A stretch of 63,331 nt of DNA, the filler included, from Octopus bimaculoides (taxonomy: Eukaryota), in NCBI RefSeq assembly GCF_001194135.2. It is 8 parts of 6 records of this genome, joined end to end, with 100 filler letters (N's around TTAATTAATTAA, not from the genome) between each part and the next. Parts side by side here need not be neighbours in the genome. Positions count along the whole stretch, not along the records: positions 36,887 to 45,650 come from NC_068988.1; positions 45,751 to 54,784 come from NC_068981.1; 6 more parts are not named here. One strand, 5' to 3'. Positions 37,241 through 48,676 of the stretch are shown piece after piece. Below the pieces are notes generated by a model that was not told where the DNA came from, ran no database searches, and saw only the letters and a list, made by a program, of their open reading frames with translations. Positions within the stretch are counted from its first letter, which is position 1; every line of letters starts with the position of its first letter. The translations under genes and the position numbers were made by a program.

Positions 37241-37529
37241 ATACAGTTCTATATTTAAGAGATGAGGAATTATTTACATTATTTACATTATCTACATTTG
37301 ACGGATATTTGTCCTCATCTTGTTTGTTGTTAACACAACGTTTCGGCTGATATACCCTCCAGCCTTCGTCAGGTGTCTTGGGGAAATTTCGAACCTGGGT
37401 TCTCATTCCTATCGATGTTACTATTATTATTATTATATTATTATTATTATTAATCAGGTCGCTGCCGTGAATCGAACTTGGAACCTTGGGGTTAGTAGCC
37501 CGCGCTCTTAACCACTACGCCATATGCCC
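37241..37529 (-). mobile_element. tRNA-headed SINE-like element containing a hammerhead ribozyme (most complete copy)
   Basis: Minus strand: GGGCATATGGCGTAGTGGTTAAGAGCGCGGGCTACTAACCCCAAGGTTCCAAGTTCGATTCACGGCAGCGACC, with box A at 37512-37522 and box B at 37469-37478. This is followed by (TAA)n, the hammerhead at 37332-37377, and an AT-rich tail ending GAACTGTAT. Confidence 0.8.
37332..37377 (-). ncRNA. Type I minimal hammerhead ribozyme motif (Penelope-like), intact core
   Basis: GACAC-CTGACGA-A-GGCTG-GAGGGTATAT-CAGCC-GAAACGT-T-GTGTT. Helix I is GACAC:GTGTT, helix II is GGCTG:CAGCC, helix III is the palindromic ACGT, and the predicted cleavage follows GUU. Confidence 0.75.
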
Positions 37530-38212
37530 GTGGGCATATCTATATTCTCCAACAGGTCATAACCGTCACATACAACTGGGCAACTACTGGCAGTAACACG
37601 TCGCTTAATCCACAAGACCCCATGCCCTTCGTTAAGGGAAAAAGATACCCAGTAAAATGTTTTAACTCGTCTTAGTCAGGGAAGCGATTCGAAATTTTGA
37701 GCATGTTCGTGACCGGTGTACAGCTATGTCTCCAGATGCGTATTGTTTTAAATATATCCACTGACTGTTTACAATTCGTCGAGATTTCAATGTTCAGATA
37801 TGGAAGGGGAGCCAACTAAAATCCTGAGTACAGCTATGTTCCCAGACGCATACTACGTTCAATATGCCCACAGACTGTTAAAACCAGTCGAGAGCTTAGT
37901 CGTTGGACATTGAAAGCATTTACTATGAAAGCCTCGTCAGTAACCTTAACTCACAGTAAAATCTCATGTTGTGAAGACATTCAACTACTTCTCACAGATT
38001 TGGTCTCCTAGCGATCTAGGTCTTACCTATACACTGGAGAAATTGCACAGAGGACTCACATAAAATAAAGCACACTCGGAGGACTTAACTACTAGAAACA
38101 CCTATATTTTACACCTGTTCTTTGGAACACTAGTGAGAACGATGCTATAATATACATGAGAATTTTAAAGAAAGCAGTCCTGTTAAATGTTATTGTAGGT
38201 GATTCTACTTAC

Positions 38213-38335
38213 TTTTCAACCCAGTTTTGTAGGCTTGGTAAAACAGGTGAGCCCATGATCCTTCGCATCCGGGTTGCTTTTTGCCGCCATTAGGGTAAAG
38301 ATCGACATCGCCCATTTGTTTCATTGTTCCGAAGC
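38213..38335 (-). CDS. Pancreatic-lipase-family (triacylglycerol lipase) exon ((G)FGTMKQMGDVDLYPNGGKKQPGCEGSWAHLFYQAYKTGLK)
   Basis: Acceptor tctttcacag and donor A/gtaagt, 123 bp in phase 1/1. Contains the G.VD.YPNGG..QPGC lipase motif. Confidence 0.93.
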
Positions 38336-39067
38336 CTGTGAAAGATAAATGATATTGCATTTTATTCCTTGCATTGTAATGATCTTGCATTATAGTACAA
38401 TGCAAAATACCAAAAGGAACCTCACCTCTTATATCTCACCNNNNNNNNNNTTAGAAGACACTTGCCTAAGATGCTCCACAGTGAGACTGAACCCGAAACC
38501 ATGTGGTTAGGAAGCAGACATCTTATCACATACACACACACGCACTATATATGTATATATATATATACACACATGACATGTTTCTTTCAGCTTCCGTCTA
38601 CCAAATCCACTTACAAGGCCCGAGTCTATATTAGAAGACACTTGCCTAAGATGCTCCACAGTGAGACTGAACCCGAAACCATGTGGTTAGGAAGCAGACA
38701 TCTTATCACATACACACACACGCACTATATATGTATATATAAAAATGTCTGTTTTATATATAAAAACAAATTATATATAAACATAGGATTACTGAATGCT
38801 TTTTAGTTGAATACATATCTGTTAAACTTTTATAAAAGAAAACTAACTTCGAAGCTTAACGTGTGCGTGAGTGTGTGTGTGTCTGATATATATTTGGTTT
38901 CGTATAAGCTACGACTCCATACACTTTTTTCGGCTTTGACTTTTCCCCCTTTCGAGATCGGTAAAATGTGTGTCAGACAAAGTGCTAAATTCGATATATT
39001 ATCGACTAAAAATCTTCGTAAGCTGGTTGTTCAAAAGTAGTAAACCAATAAAACAATAAAAATATAC

Positions 39068-39187
39068 CTTTTATGGCTGAGAACATCGAACCATCCGTGT
39101 GAATAACATCGATAAAGTCAGCATCACTGGGGTCCAGACGAACTTCTTTCGGGGCACGTTCATAGTTTGGTCCAGCTGGGTCTAACC
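39068..39187 (-). CDS. Pancreatic-lipase-family exon ((G)[39 protein letters not shown])
   Basis: Acceptor tttttacttgcag and donor AAG/gtatat, 120 bp in phase 1/1, splicing in frame to 38335. GLDPAGP contains the catalytic Asp and is followed by RLD.SDA.F.DVIHTD. Confidence 0.95.
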
Positions 39188-40051
39188 CTGCAAGTAAAAA
39201 CAGGTAGAATACAGTGTTATGTTGTTGTTGTTGGCACTCCGTCGCTTACGACGTCGAGGGTTCCAGTTGATCCGATCAACGGAACAGCCTGCTCGTGAAA
39301 TTAACGTGCAAGTGGCTGAGCACTCCACAGACACGTGTACCCTTAACGTAGTTCTCGGGCATATTCAGCGTGACACAGTGTGTGACAAGGCTGAGCCTTT
39401 GAATTACAGACACAACAGAAACAGGAAGTAAGAGTGAGAGAAAGTTGTGGTGAAAGAGTACAGCAGGGTTCGCTACCACCCCCTGCCGGAGCCTCGTGGA
39501 GCTTTTAGGTGTTTTCGCTCAATAAACACTCACAACGCCCGGTCTGGGAATCGAAATCGCGATCCTATGACTGCGAGTTCGCTGCCCTAACCATTGCGCC
39601 TCCACAATACAGTGTTAAAATGAGTGTTTACAGTGATTAGTCTTTGATGTAGGAAATACACATACACTCATAGATACAGGCATTCTGTCAACACATCAAA
39701 TGTGGAATTCTTTCCTGAAGACAGAGGGTGGTGGTATCCGATGATGGAATCAAGTTACAAGCATTATTTTGGACTACCAAGCTCCCAGAAACTGCTGTTG
39801 GACTCGTAAAACTCCTACTCAGCATCCTTAATTCTTGATACCATTTCCAGTCGGACTTCTTTTGTATGTATACATATGTACCTTCTTTGTATTAAATGTA
39901 TTTAACAATGTTTGTACAAAGACATGGACTAACCTGCTCAAGTTCAAATCTCTTGAGCACTACAAAGTGTATTCTATACATATATATATCGAAGAGGGAA
40001 AAAGCGAGAAAATAGAAAGCTTCATACAAAGCGGAAAGTTTAACAAAACCA

Positions 40052-40317
40052 TTATATTTCAGGCACAAAAGCTTATCTTCAGAAGAAAAGACAGTTTAAG
40101 AAAAGTCCAGTTATATAGGTTCCATTAAACCATTCAAGCTCCCTAGCGTTTATGTAACAGCATATGCTGTTACATAACGCTAGGGAGCTTGAATACAACA
40201 GCATATGCTGTTACATAGACGTAAGAGAGGTTGAATGGGTTAACGGAACCTACATAACTGGATTTTTCTTAAACTGTTCTTTTCTTCTGAAGATAGGCCT
40301 TTGTGCCTGAAATATAA
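40052..40317. repeat. 266-bp foldback palindrome with a duplicated centre
   Basis: Arms ttatatttcaggcacaaaag...ccattcaa / ttgaatgg...ctttgtgcctgaaatataa. The centre TAACAGCATATGCTGTTA occurs at 40163/4 and again, near-identical, at 40204/5. Confidence 0.85.
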
Positions 40318-41181
40318 AGGTTTTTTTAAAACTTACNNNNNNNNNNNNNNNNNNNNNNNNNNNNNNNNNNNNNNNNNNNNNNNNNNNNNNNNNNNNNNNN
40401 NNNNNNNNNNNNNNNNNNNNNNNNNNNNNNNNNNNNNNNNNNNNNNNNNNNNNNNNNNNNNNNNNNNNNNNNNNNNNNNNNNNNNNNNNNNNNNNNNNNN
40501 NNNNNNNNNNNNNNNNNNNNNNNNNNNNNNNNNNNNNNNNNNNNNNNNNNNNNNNNNNNNNNNNNNNNNNNNNNNNNNNNNNNNNNNNNNNNNNNNNNNN
40601 NNNNNNNNNNNNNNNNNNNNNNNNNNNNNNNNNNNNNNNNNNNNNNNNNNNNNNNNNNNNNNNNNNNNNNNNNNNNNNNNNNNNNNNNNNNNNNNNNNNN
40701 NNNNNNNNNNNNNNNNNNNNNNNNNNNNNNNNNNNNNNNNNNNNNNNNNNNNNNNNNNNNNNNTATATATACTAGACAGCCCGTGACTCGTTGGGTCGCC
40801 TAGAAAGTCTGAGTTTCCTAGCAAAGGAGCTTTGTTTCATGTTTTTTTTTCCGGGTTATTTTGCGTGCTTTCGATGAATGTGACGTCGAAATCACGCATA
40901 AACGTGTCCTTTCCCCGGAAAAGAAAATATTGGGCTGCTATTTCTTGCACGCCCGACTACGACGTAACAGGTATTTTGGATCCTTTATCGCAAATAGCTG
41001 TTACCTGGTAGCAAGGCGTGCTAGGAATACTAGCCAGATCTTTGGAGTTGTGATACGTTGAATGCACTCGAAAACATTTTTTTAATGGTATTCCCTGGAA
41101 GCAATCTTTCGCTTAGACTCTCAGAACTGTCATCCGAATCAGCTGGTTTTGTTCGTTAATTTCCGTAAATTACGTGTAGTC

Positions 41182-41212
<31 letters not shown>

Positions 41213-42073
41213 AGAGAGAGAGAGAGAGTGCCAATTACACATACATGAGAACACATACGTTCACTCATTCACTCTCTCACTCTCTCTCTCTCACACACAC
41301 ACACAACTACACGTACATACAAAAAAGATATACGCATATATATTGATGTATGTACGTATACATGACAACACACCGCTTCACTCACTCTCTCTCTTTCTCA
41401 TTCTTTCTCTCTTCCTCACTCTCTCTCTTTCACACACGCACACACACACACACACACACGTCCATTTAATTTACACGTACATACGTCTTTCACTTTCTCC
41501 TCCCTTTTACTGTAAAACAAAAGTAACTGAAAACTTTTTACGGAAATTAATAACTTGAAAATAATTTTTAAAAAACATTAAAATATTGTCTGTTTAAAGA
41601 AAGCTAAAATATAAATACTTACTGTGCAAATAACTTACATTTTTGAAATCCCATTCACTTAAAAATATTTCTAAATGATTAAAATATTGTGTACGTCAAA
41701 AAGTCGACGTTCTTTTTCTTTTTCTTAGAAAGCAAGAAGACTATGTGTGTGTATATGTCACAGATAGCGGACGTGTGTTTGGGTTGATTGACACGCCATG
41801 ACATTCATTATATGTGTGTGTATTCTGCATGTGTGTATGTGTGTTGACGTCACGGAAGCCATGTTTTCTTTTCAAGAAATAACAAACAAGAATTGTGTTT
41901 ACTCGTTTGTTTTTTTTTAATAAATAGAGGTCCGAATGTCACAAAAATTTGTACTGCACTGATGAAGATAAGTATGAAAATAATTATGCAAAACAAAATT
42001 AAGATGAAATGTACTATTTCTGAGACATTTCGGGTACAGACAAACATCCCTAGCATTTTAGTTTTATCAAGAT

Positions 42074-42124
<51 letters not shown>

Positions 42125-42269
42125 CATATATATGAACATGTATGTACATATGTATATGTGCATGTGCGTGTGTATACATGTATACACAGATATGTATTAT
42201 GTATGTACACATATATATTTATATATGTATATATATGTGTGTGTTTGTGTGTGTGTAATAAAGCTGTCT

Positions 42270-44440
42270 ATGTGTGGACTAAAAGTAGCCAGAGACATAC
42301 AGCCTAAAGGAAGCACCCAAAATCTCTCCAATCTGAACTTCCTCAAAGAAGACTGGAAATCGAGCCAAAAAGAGATCCTCAGACAGGACTGGCAGAAATA
42401 TCTCTCCACACCAGACATTGGCATTCAACTAGAAAATTTAATCTCTGTTATGCCAGAAATTTGTCCCAGAGCGCAAGGCCAACACAAAGGGAGAGGAAGA
42501 TCCTCATGAAACGATGGACGATGGTTGAAAATCGCTTCAACCAACATCCCAAAGTAGTGAAAGGTCCCACCTAAAAACATCACTGATGAAGATTGAAAAA
42601 AAGACTGCAACGATCCTATGTTAAGGAGAGAGCAGACAAAGAAGCCTGGGTTATAAAAAAACATCAAGTCAAACATAAAGGCCTTCTTTCATTATGCCAA
42701 AGAAACGGTCTCAGTACGCTGCAAAATAGGAGCCCTCTTCCAGAAGGATGGCTTCCTCACAGATAACCCAACCAGGATAACTAAGGTACTGAATAACCAG
42801 TTCAAAAGTGTCTTTACTACTCCGTTGGAACACAGACAAGTACACGAAGCAATTACGATGGATAACATCGACATTGGTGAAGAAGATATAATACCAGCCA
42901 TAGATGAGGTGGGCGCAAACTCAGCTGCTGGCTCTGATGGTTTCCCAGCAATCCTCCTCAAATCATGCAAGTCATGCGAGAGTATTACAGATTCTCTTCA
43001 GAGTTTTCTTGCAAATGACAAGCTGCCAAGCAAACTGAAGGAGGGAATTATATGCCCAATCAATGAAGGAGGAAGTAGAGCAGACGCCAAAAATGATAGG
43101 CCTATCTCTCTGACTTCACGCATCAGCAAAGTCATGGAACGAATAGTCAGAGAGAAACTAATCTCATTCTTTGCAGAAAATTACTTGCTGAGTGATACTC
43201 AGCATGTTTTTCGACCAAGTAGGAGCTGCCTGACCCGGTACCTACAGCACTATGACTGGGTGTTGAAATAGTTACTCAATAACTCAAATGTGGATATAAT
43301 ATACCTTGACTTTGTAAAAGCTTTTGATAAAGTTGATCATGGTATGATATGTCACAAACTGCGCGATTTTGGCATAGCTAGAAAACATGGAGAGTGGCTA
43401 CACGACTTTCTGAAAGATAGAAGTCAGGCAGCGGTGGCCAACGGAGCCACCTCAAAGAAAACACAAATAGTGAGTGGTGTTCCACAGATACTATCTTGGG
43501 ACCACTGCTTTTTATAGTGGCCCTCAGATATGCCCTTAGCTGCCCGGAGAGCCACCCTTGCAAGCTACGCAGACGATGCGAAAGCCTCGCAGAAAATACA
43601 AAACTCTAGCAATGTTGCATGGTTGCAGCAGGAGTTGGACGCAATTTACAGATGGGCTGAGGACAATAATATGCAGTTTAATGCTGAAAAATTCCAAGCT
43701 CTGCGCTACCAGCACCAAAAACTGGACGAAAAACTTACAGGGTACACTGACCCAGGGACAATTACAATGCAAAGACCTAAATCAGTGCGTGACCTGGGTA
43801 TCGACATGAGTGATACCTCTTTCCAAGTGCACATTACCAAGATGGCGACAAAGTGCAGGCAGCTGGTTAGCTGGATCCTGAGAACTTTCAGAACAAGAGA
43901 GAAAGAAACCATGATGGTCCTCCAGAAGACATTTGTCCTCAGCCACCTTGACTGCCGCTCCCAACTATGGTCACCCCACGGTGTAAAATTAACAGCGGAC
44001 CTTGAAGCAATCTAGCCAAGCTTCACAAAAGGATCGTCTCATTGCAACAGCTCAGCTACTGGGAAAGGCTGAAACATCTAAGACTCTACTCCCTGGAGCG
44101 AAGGCGGGAGAGATATGCAGTAATGTATATCTGGAAGATCCTGGAAGGGTTGTGCCAAATTTTGACATTGAAAGCTACACAAATGCCAACACGGGTCGCC
44201 ACTGCACAGTGCCAAATATCTCAACAATGTCACCACGCTTCAGGACCAGTTACTGCAACAGCCTGGGTTTCAAGAGCCCACAGCTTTGTAACATTCTCCC
44301 AGAAAGCCTGAGGAACCTACACAAAGTGGATGTGGAAGTTTTCAAAACAAAACTGGATCTCTTCCTGTCGGGAGTCCCAGATAAACCTACCTCGCGGTAG
44401 GGGGCGCAAATGAGGGCAGCGACTGGAGTTGCATGAAACG
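42270..44440 (+). mobile_element. 5'-truncated CR1/L2-group LINE ORF2 (RT), frameshifted pseudogene
   Basis: GSDGFPAILLK, RPISLTSRISKVMERI, DIIYLDFVKAFDKVDHG, VSGVPQ, SYADDAK, LYSLERRRERY, FKTKLDLFLSGVPDKP spread over four frames. Confidence 0.92.
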
Positions 44441-44678
44441 ATCGCACTGCATTACATCTGGATATCCTTGTTGCTTATTTTGATTTTAATTACCTTATTT
44501 TGAAACTGTATGGATAATACCATACTAAATTCTGGTGCCTCAACTTAAGTACCATATTCACCTGAATCTAAATTTTTGCTATATATATATATATATATAT
44601 ATCGGCTTCATATTCATAGGGCATTATGTAAGATTACTCCTAATAATTGCTGTGTATTTGAATATTATTCAATACTAA

Positions 44679-44717
<39 letters not shown>

Positions 44718-45013
44718 AGAGTGAGCATGTATGGGGTCTAATGCAGTTTCGCACCTCTCCTTGAAAAATGCATTCTTTAGAAAATATTTTTTCGGATTCC
44801 TACGTTTTGGATGTCGGTGATTACGAATATGCCAAAAGAGGAGATTTTTAACCCCACTCCCCTTGGTTACCGTAATTTTGGGACACGCTGTAGTAGCAAA
44901 TACTTACTGAAGGTGCAGCACAAGGTTTGTACATGGAAACACATGGCTCAAGTTGTTATTCTTCAAAACTCACTATGCTTTATGACTATGCCTGTATGCA
45001 CATGCTTAAATAG

Positions 45014-45051
<38 letters not shown>

Positions 45052-45590
45052 GTAGATAGGTAGGTAGAAAGATAGATAGATAGATAGCTTACGTAATAGA
45101 GTAGCTCTAAAACCTGTCGTACTCATGTTTCTGCGTGTATCCTGAAAAATCAACAGATGCAAATAACTAACGAACGGATAGTAATGATACGGGTAATGAT
45201 AATCAGTGTGGGGGGGAGGGGCTTCTGGTGAGAAAACTGGCTTAAACTGATGCCAAATGAGAAATAGAGGAAAGAAGAGAGAAAGAGATAGAACGAAGGA
45301 CGGAGAGAGGGGTTAAGGGATACATAGAACGATGCTAGTAATAGTATTGCCGCTGTACAAATGTGGCGGAATTTCCTTTGAAATGACGTGACACGAAATT
45401 AATTGACCAGTAGAGAGAAGAATGGATGTGGTGGCTTTTGTCATTTTAAGGGTAGCAATGAAAGTGAAGTCGGAGATAGAAAATATTTCCGCCGTTCTTC
45501 CAATCTGTAAATGATGGCAACCCAAGCCAAATGGAACCTCTGCCATATTAGTTCTCAATTATTGGATTGCTTTTACTTCTTTTTACTTTG

Positions 45591-45625
<35 letters not shown>

Positions 45626-45750
45626 AATGTGTGTGTGTGTGTGTGTGTGTNNNNNNNNNNNNNNNNNNNNNNNNNNNNNNNNNNNNNNNNNNNNTTAATT
45701 AATTAANNNNNNNNNNNNNNNNNNNNNNNNNNNNNNNNNNNNNNNNNNNN

Positions 45751-45816
<66 letters not shown>

Positions 45817-45817
45817 G

Positions 45818-46480
45818 TAGACATCGCACAGTATACACTATCGTGAGGTTGTTGATTGAAGACATTGCGTCTACTGGGGGTTTGTACTGTTTGTCAAGTC
45901 ACAAGCAGGACCTTAGACAGACAGTACTTTACGCAATATGCGTGCAGTTCAAAGTAATGCCGACTTTTGCAATACACCTAGATTGTAGAGTATTTCTAAT
46001 GTTTTCAGATGTTTTTTCAGATTGGGTGATATTGAACCCAATGCTCCGATGACAATAGGGATAACCTTTATGTTTGACTCTCGTAGCTGCCACATCTTAG
46101 CGATCTTAATTCTCAGGTTTCCATATTTATCAACCTTTTCTCTTTTTTTCATGATATATTGATCTCCTGACACTGTCACGTCAATTAGTAGGCTCTCTTG
46201 TTTGTCCATCCTAAAGGTTACTATATCCAACCTCCGGTGCCCTAATACCTTGTCTGTCTGGAAGCCAAAGTTCCGGAGGATTTTTGCCTTCCCTATTTCG
46301 TTTATTATCTTTTCCTGTGTTTGTTGGTACCAAACACCTGTAACCTCATATCCATACTTACGGCATAGTAGCCAGTGGAGGTTCTGGGCTACTTTGTCGT
46401 GTTTACGCTTGTACTCTTTCTGCGCAAGACTTTCACAAGCACTAACAATGTGAGTCATGCTTTCGACCTCTGTTATTATT
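45818..46480 (-). mobile_element. R4/Dong-like LINE 3' end (RLE endonuclease)
   Basis: HIVSACESLAQKEYKRKHDKVA..LHW..., RRLDIV...LLIDVTVSGD...KVDKY...VIPIVIGALG...LQKSALL. The 3' end abuts (TAA)n at 45817. Confidence 0.85.
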
Positions 46481-46884
46481 ATTATTATTATTATTATTAT
46501 CATTATTATTATTATCATTATTATTATTATTATTATGTTAGCACGCCGGGCGACATGCTTAGCGGTATTTCGTCTGCCGCTACGTTCTGAATTATAATTC
46601 CGCCGAGGTCGACTTTGTCTTTCATCCTTTCGGGGTCAATAAATTAAGTACCAGTGAAACACTGGGGGTCGATTAAATCGACCTAGCCCCTCCCCTAAAA
46701 TTGCTCCCCTAGTGTCAAAATTTGAAACCATTATTATTTTTATTATCATTCAAATTCCGTCGAGGTTGACTTTACTTTTCATCGTTTTAGATTCGATGAA
46801 ATAAGTACCAGTTACATACTGGTTTGATATGATCGACTACCCCAACCCCCAAATTTCAGGTCTTGTGCCTATAGTTATTATTTT

Positions 46885-47180
46885 TTATGCGCCCTTTTAA
46901 AGCCTAGCCAAGCTCATGGACTCGGTTTCCCGGTTTCTATGGCGTATGTGTTCCCCTCAGCTGGACGGAACGCCAGTCCATCGCAGCGTTGCTCAAGAAA
47001 CAGGAAGAAAGAGTGAGAGAAAGTTGGGGCGAAAGAATACAATAGGCTCGCCACCACCCCCTGCCGAAGCCTCGTGGTGCTTTAGGAGTTTTCGCTCAAT
47101 AAACACACACAACGCCCGGTCTGGGAATCGAAACCACGATCCTCCGACCGCGACTCCTCTGCCCTAACCACTGGGCCATT
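46885..47180 (-). mobile_element. SINE with the family C head and body but a different 3' tail
   Basis: Shares the head through ...actttctctcactctttcttcctgtttct with 32422 and 39220, then continues into an unrelated tail ending ...gcttggctaggctttaaaagggcg. Confidence 0.7.
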
Positions 47181-47209
47181 GCTACTTCACTGTGCCTTTA
47201 GTAGAAAGG

Positions 47210-47331
<122 letters not shown>

Positions 47332-48252
47332 TATTATTATTATTAAGCTGGTAGAATCGTTAGCACGCCGAACACAATGCTTAACGTCCGTCTTTAAGTT
47401 CTAACGTCAAATTCTTCTCGGGATCGATAAAATAAGTAACAACTGAGTGCTCCGCTCAATGTAATCGATTTAATCTGCCACCAAAAATGTCTGGCTTTGT
47501 ACCAAAATTCGAAACGAGTTTATTGAAAGGTGGGTGAAAGTTGCGAAAATGGCAAGAGTGGATGGTACCTTTCTAAGTGTAGACCCGTGAGTCGGAGAAA
47601 GAGACTTGGAAGGGCACTTGCCGTTGGTGTTCAAGGAGATTTTGGACAGTAGGGTTTCTTGATTATCCCTAAACGTCATCCTGTTTCAGGAGGACTGTAT
47701 TTCTATCACCATACCCCACCTCTTTTAAACCTTTTTATATTATGTATGTTTATCTTCCTTTTCATTGTATACCGTGTATACTTACTCCATTTTTTGTTAT
47801 TCATTTTATCATTTCATTATATGTAAATCCCAATACTTAATGTCTGTCTTTGTATTGTCCCCCACATCATTCGCCCTGGTGGCAAACAAATGAAATTTTT
47901 ATTATTATTATTATTGAGTGAGAGAGCAGTACATCCCATCAAAGTGACACTGCGGTACAAATATACGAAGCCCAATATACCGACCATGCCTACCCGTCTA
48001 AGAGTACACCAAGCACATGCATCACAACCAAGCGTGCGTGACATGGTGATCTTATATCAAAGTTAACAGCGCATGACCTTGCAGGTGGGGCCCAGTTAGA
48101 ATTTTCAAAAGGTCCCTGAATAAGGATTGTTTAAGGATGTTGAACAAAACACCCTTGTTTCCCGAGGCGAACTATTCAAACCTCAAAGAATTCCTCTCAA
48201 CACATGGCTATGATACTCTCCCAGTATTTCTGCTCCTGATCAGAGATGCATA

Positions 48253-48298
<46 letters not shown>

Positions 48299-48357
48299 TT
48301 AATTATCATTATTATTATTATCATTATTTTTATTATTGTTGTTGTTGTTTTTGTTGC

Positions 48358-48405
<48 letters not shown>

Positions 48406-48622
48406 GATGGCGAGCTGGCAGAACCGTTAGCACGCTGGGCAAAATGCCTAGCGGTATTTTGCACGTCACTACATTCTGAGTTCAAATTCCGCCGAGGTAA
48501 ATTCCGACTTTGCCTTTCATCCTTTCGGGGCCGATAAATTAAGTACCAGCGAAACACTGAGGCCAATGTGATCGATTTATCACCTCCTCCAAAATGGCTG
48601 GCCTTGTTGCAAAATTTGAAAC

Positions 48623-48676
<54 letters not shown>

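Noticed and set aside
38451-38740. Exact ~110-bp tandem duplication with period 180
   Set aside because: It begins at a 10-N break and the copies are identical, so a contig-overlap artefact is likely. The same applies to duplicates around N10 breaks in the satellite.
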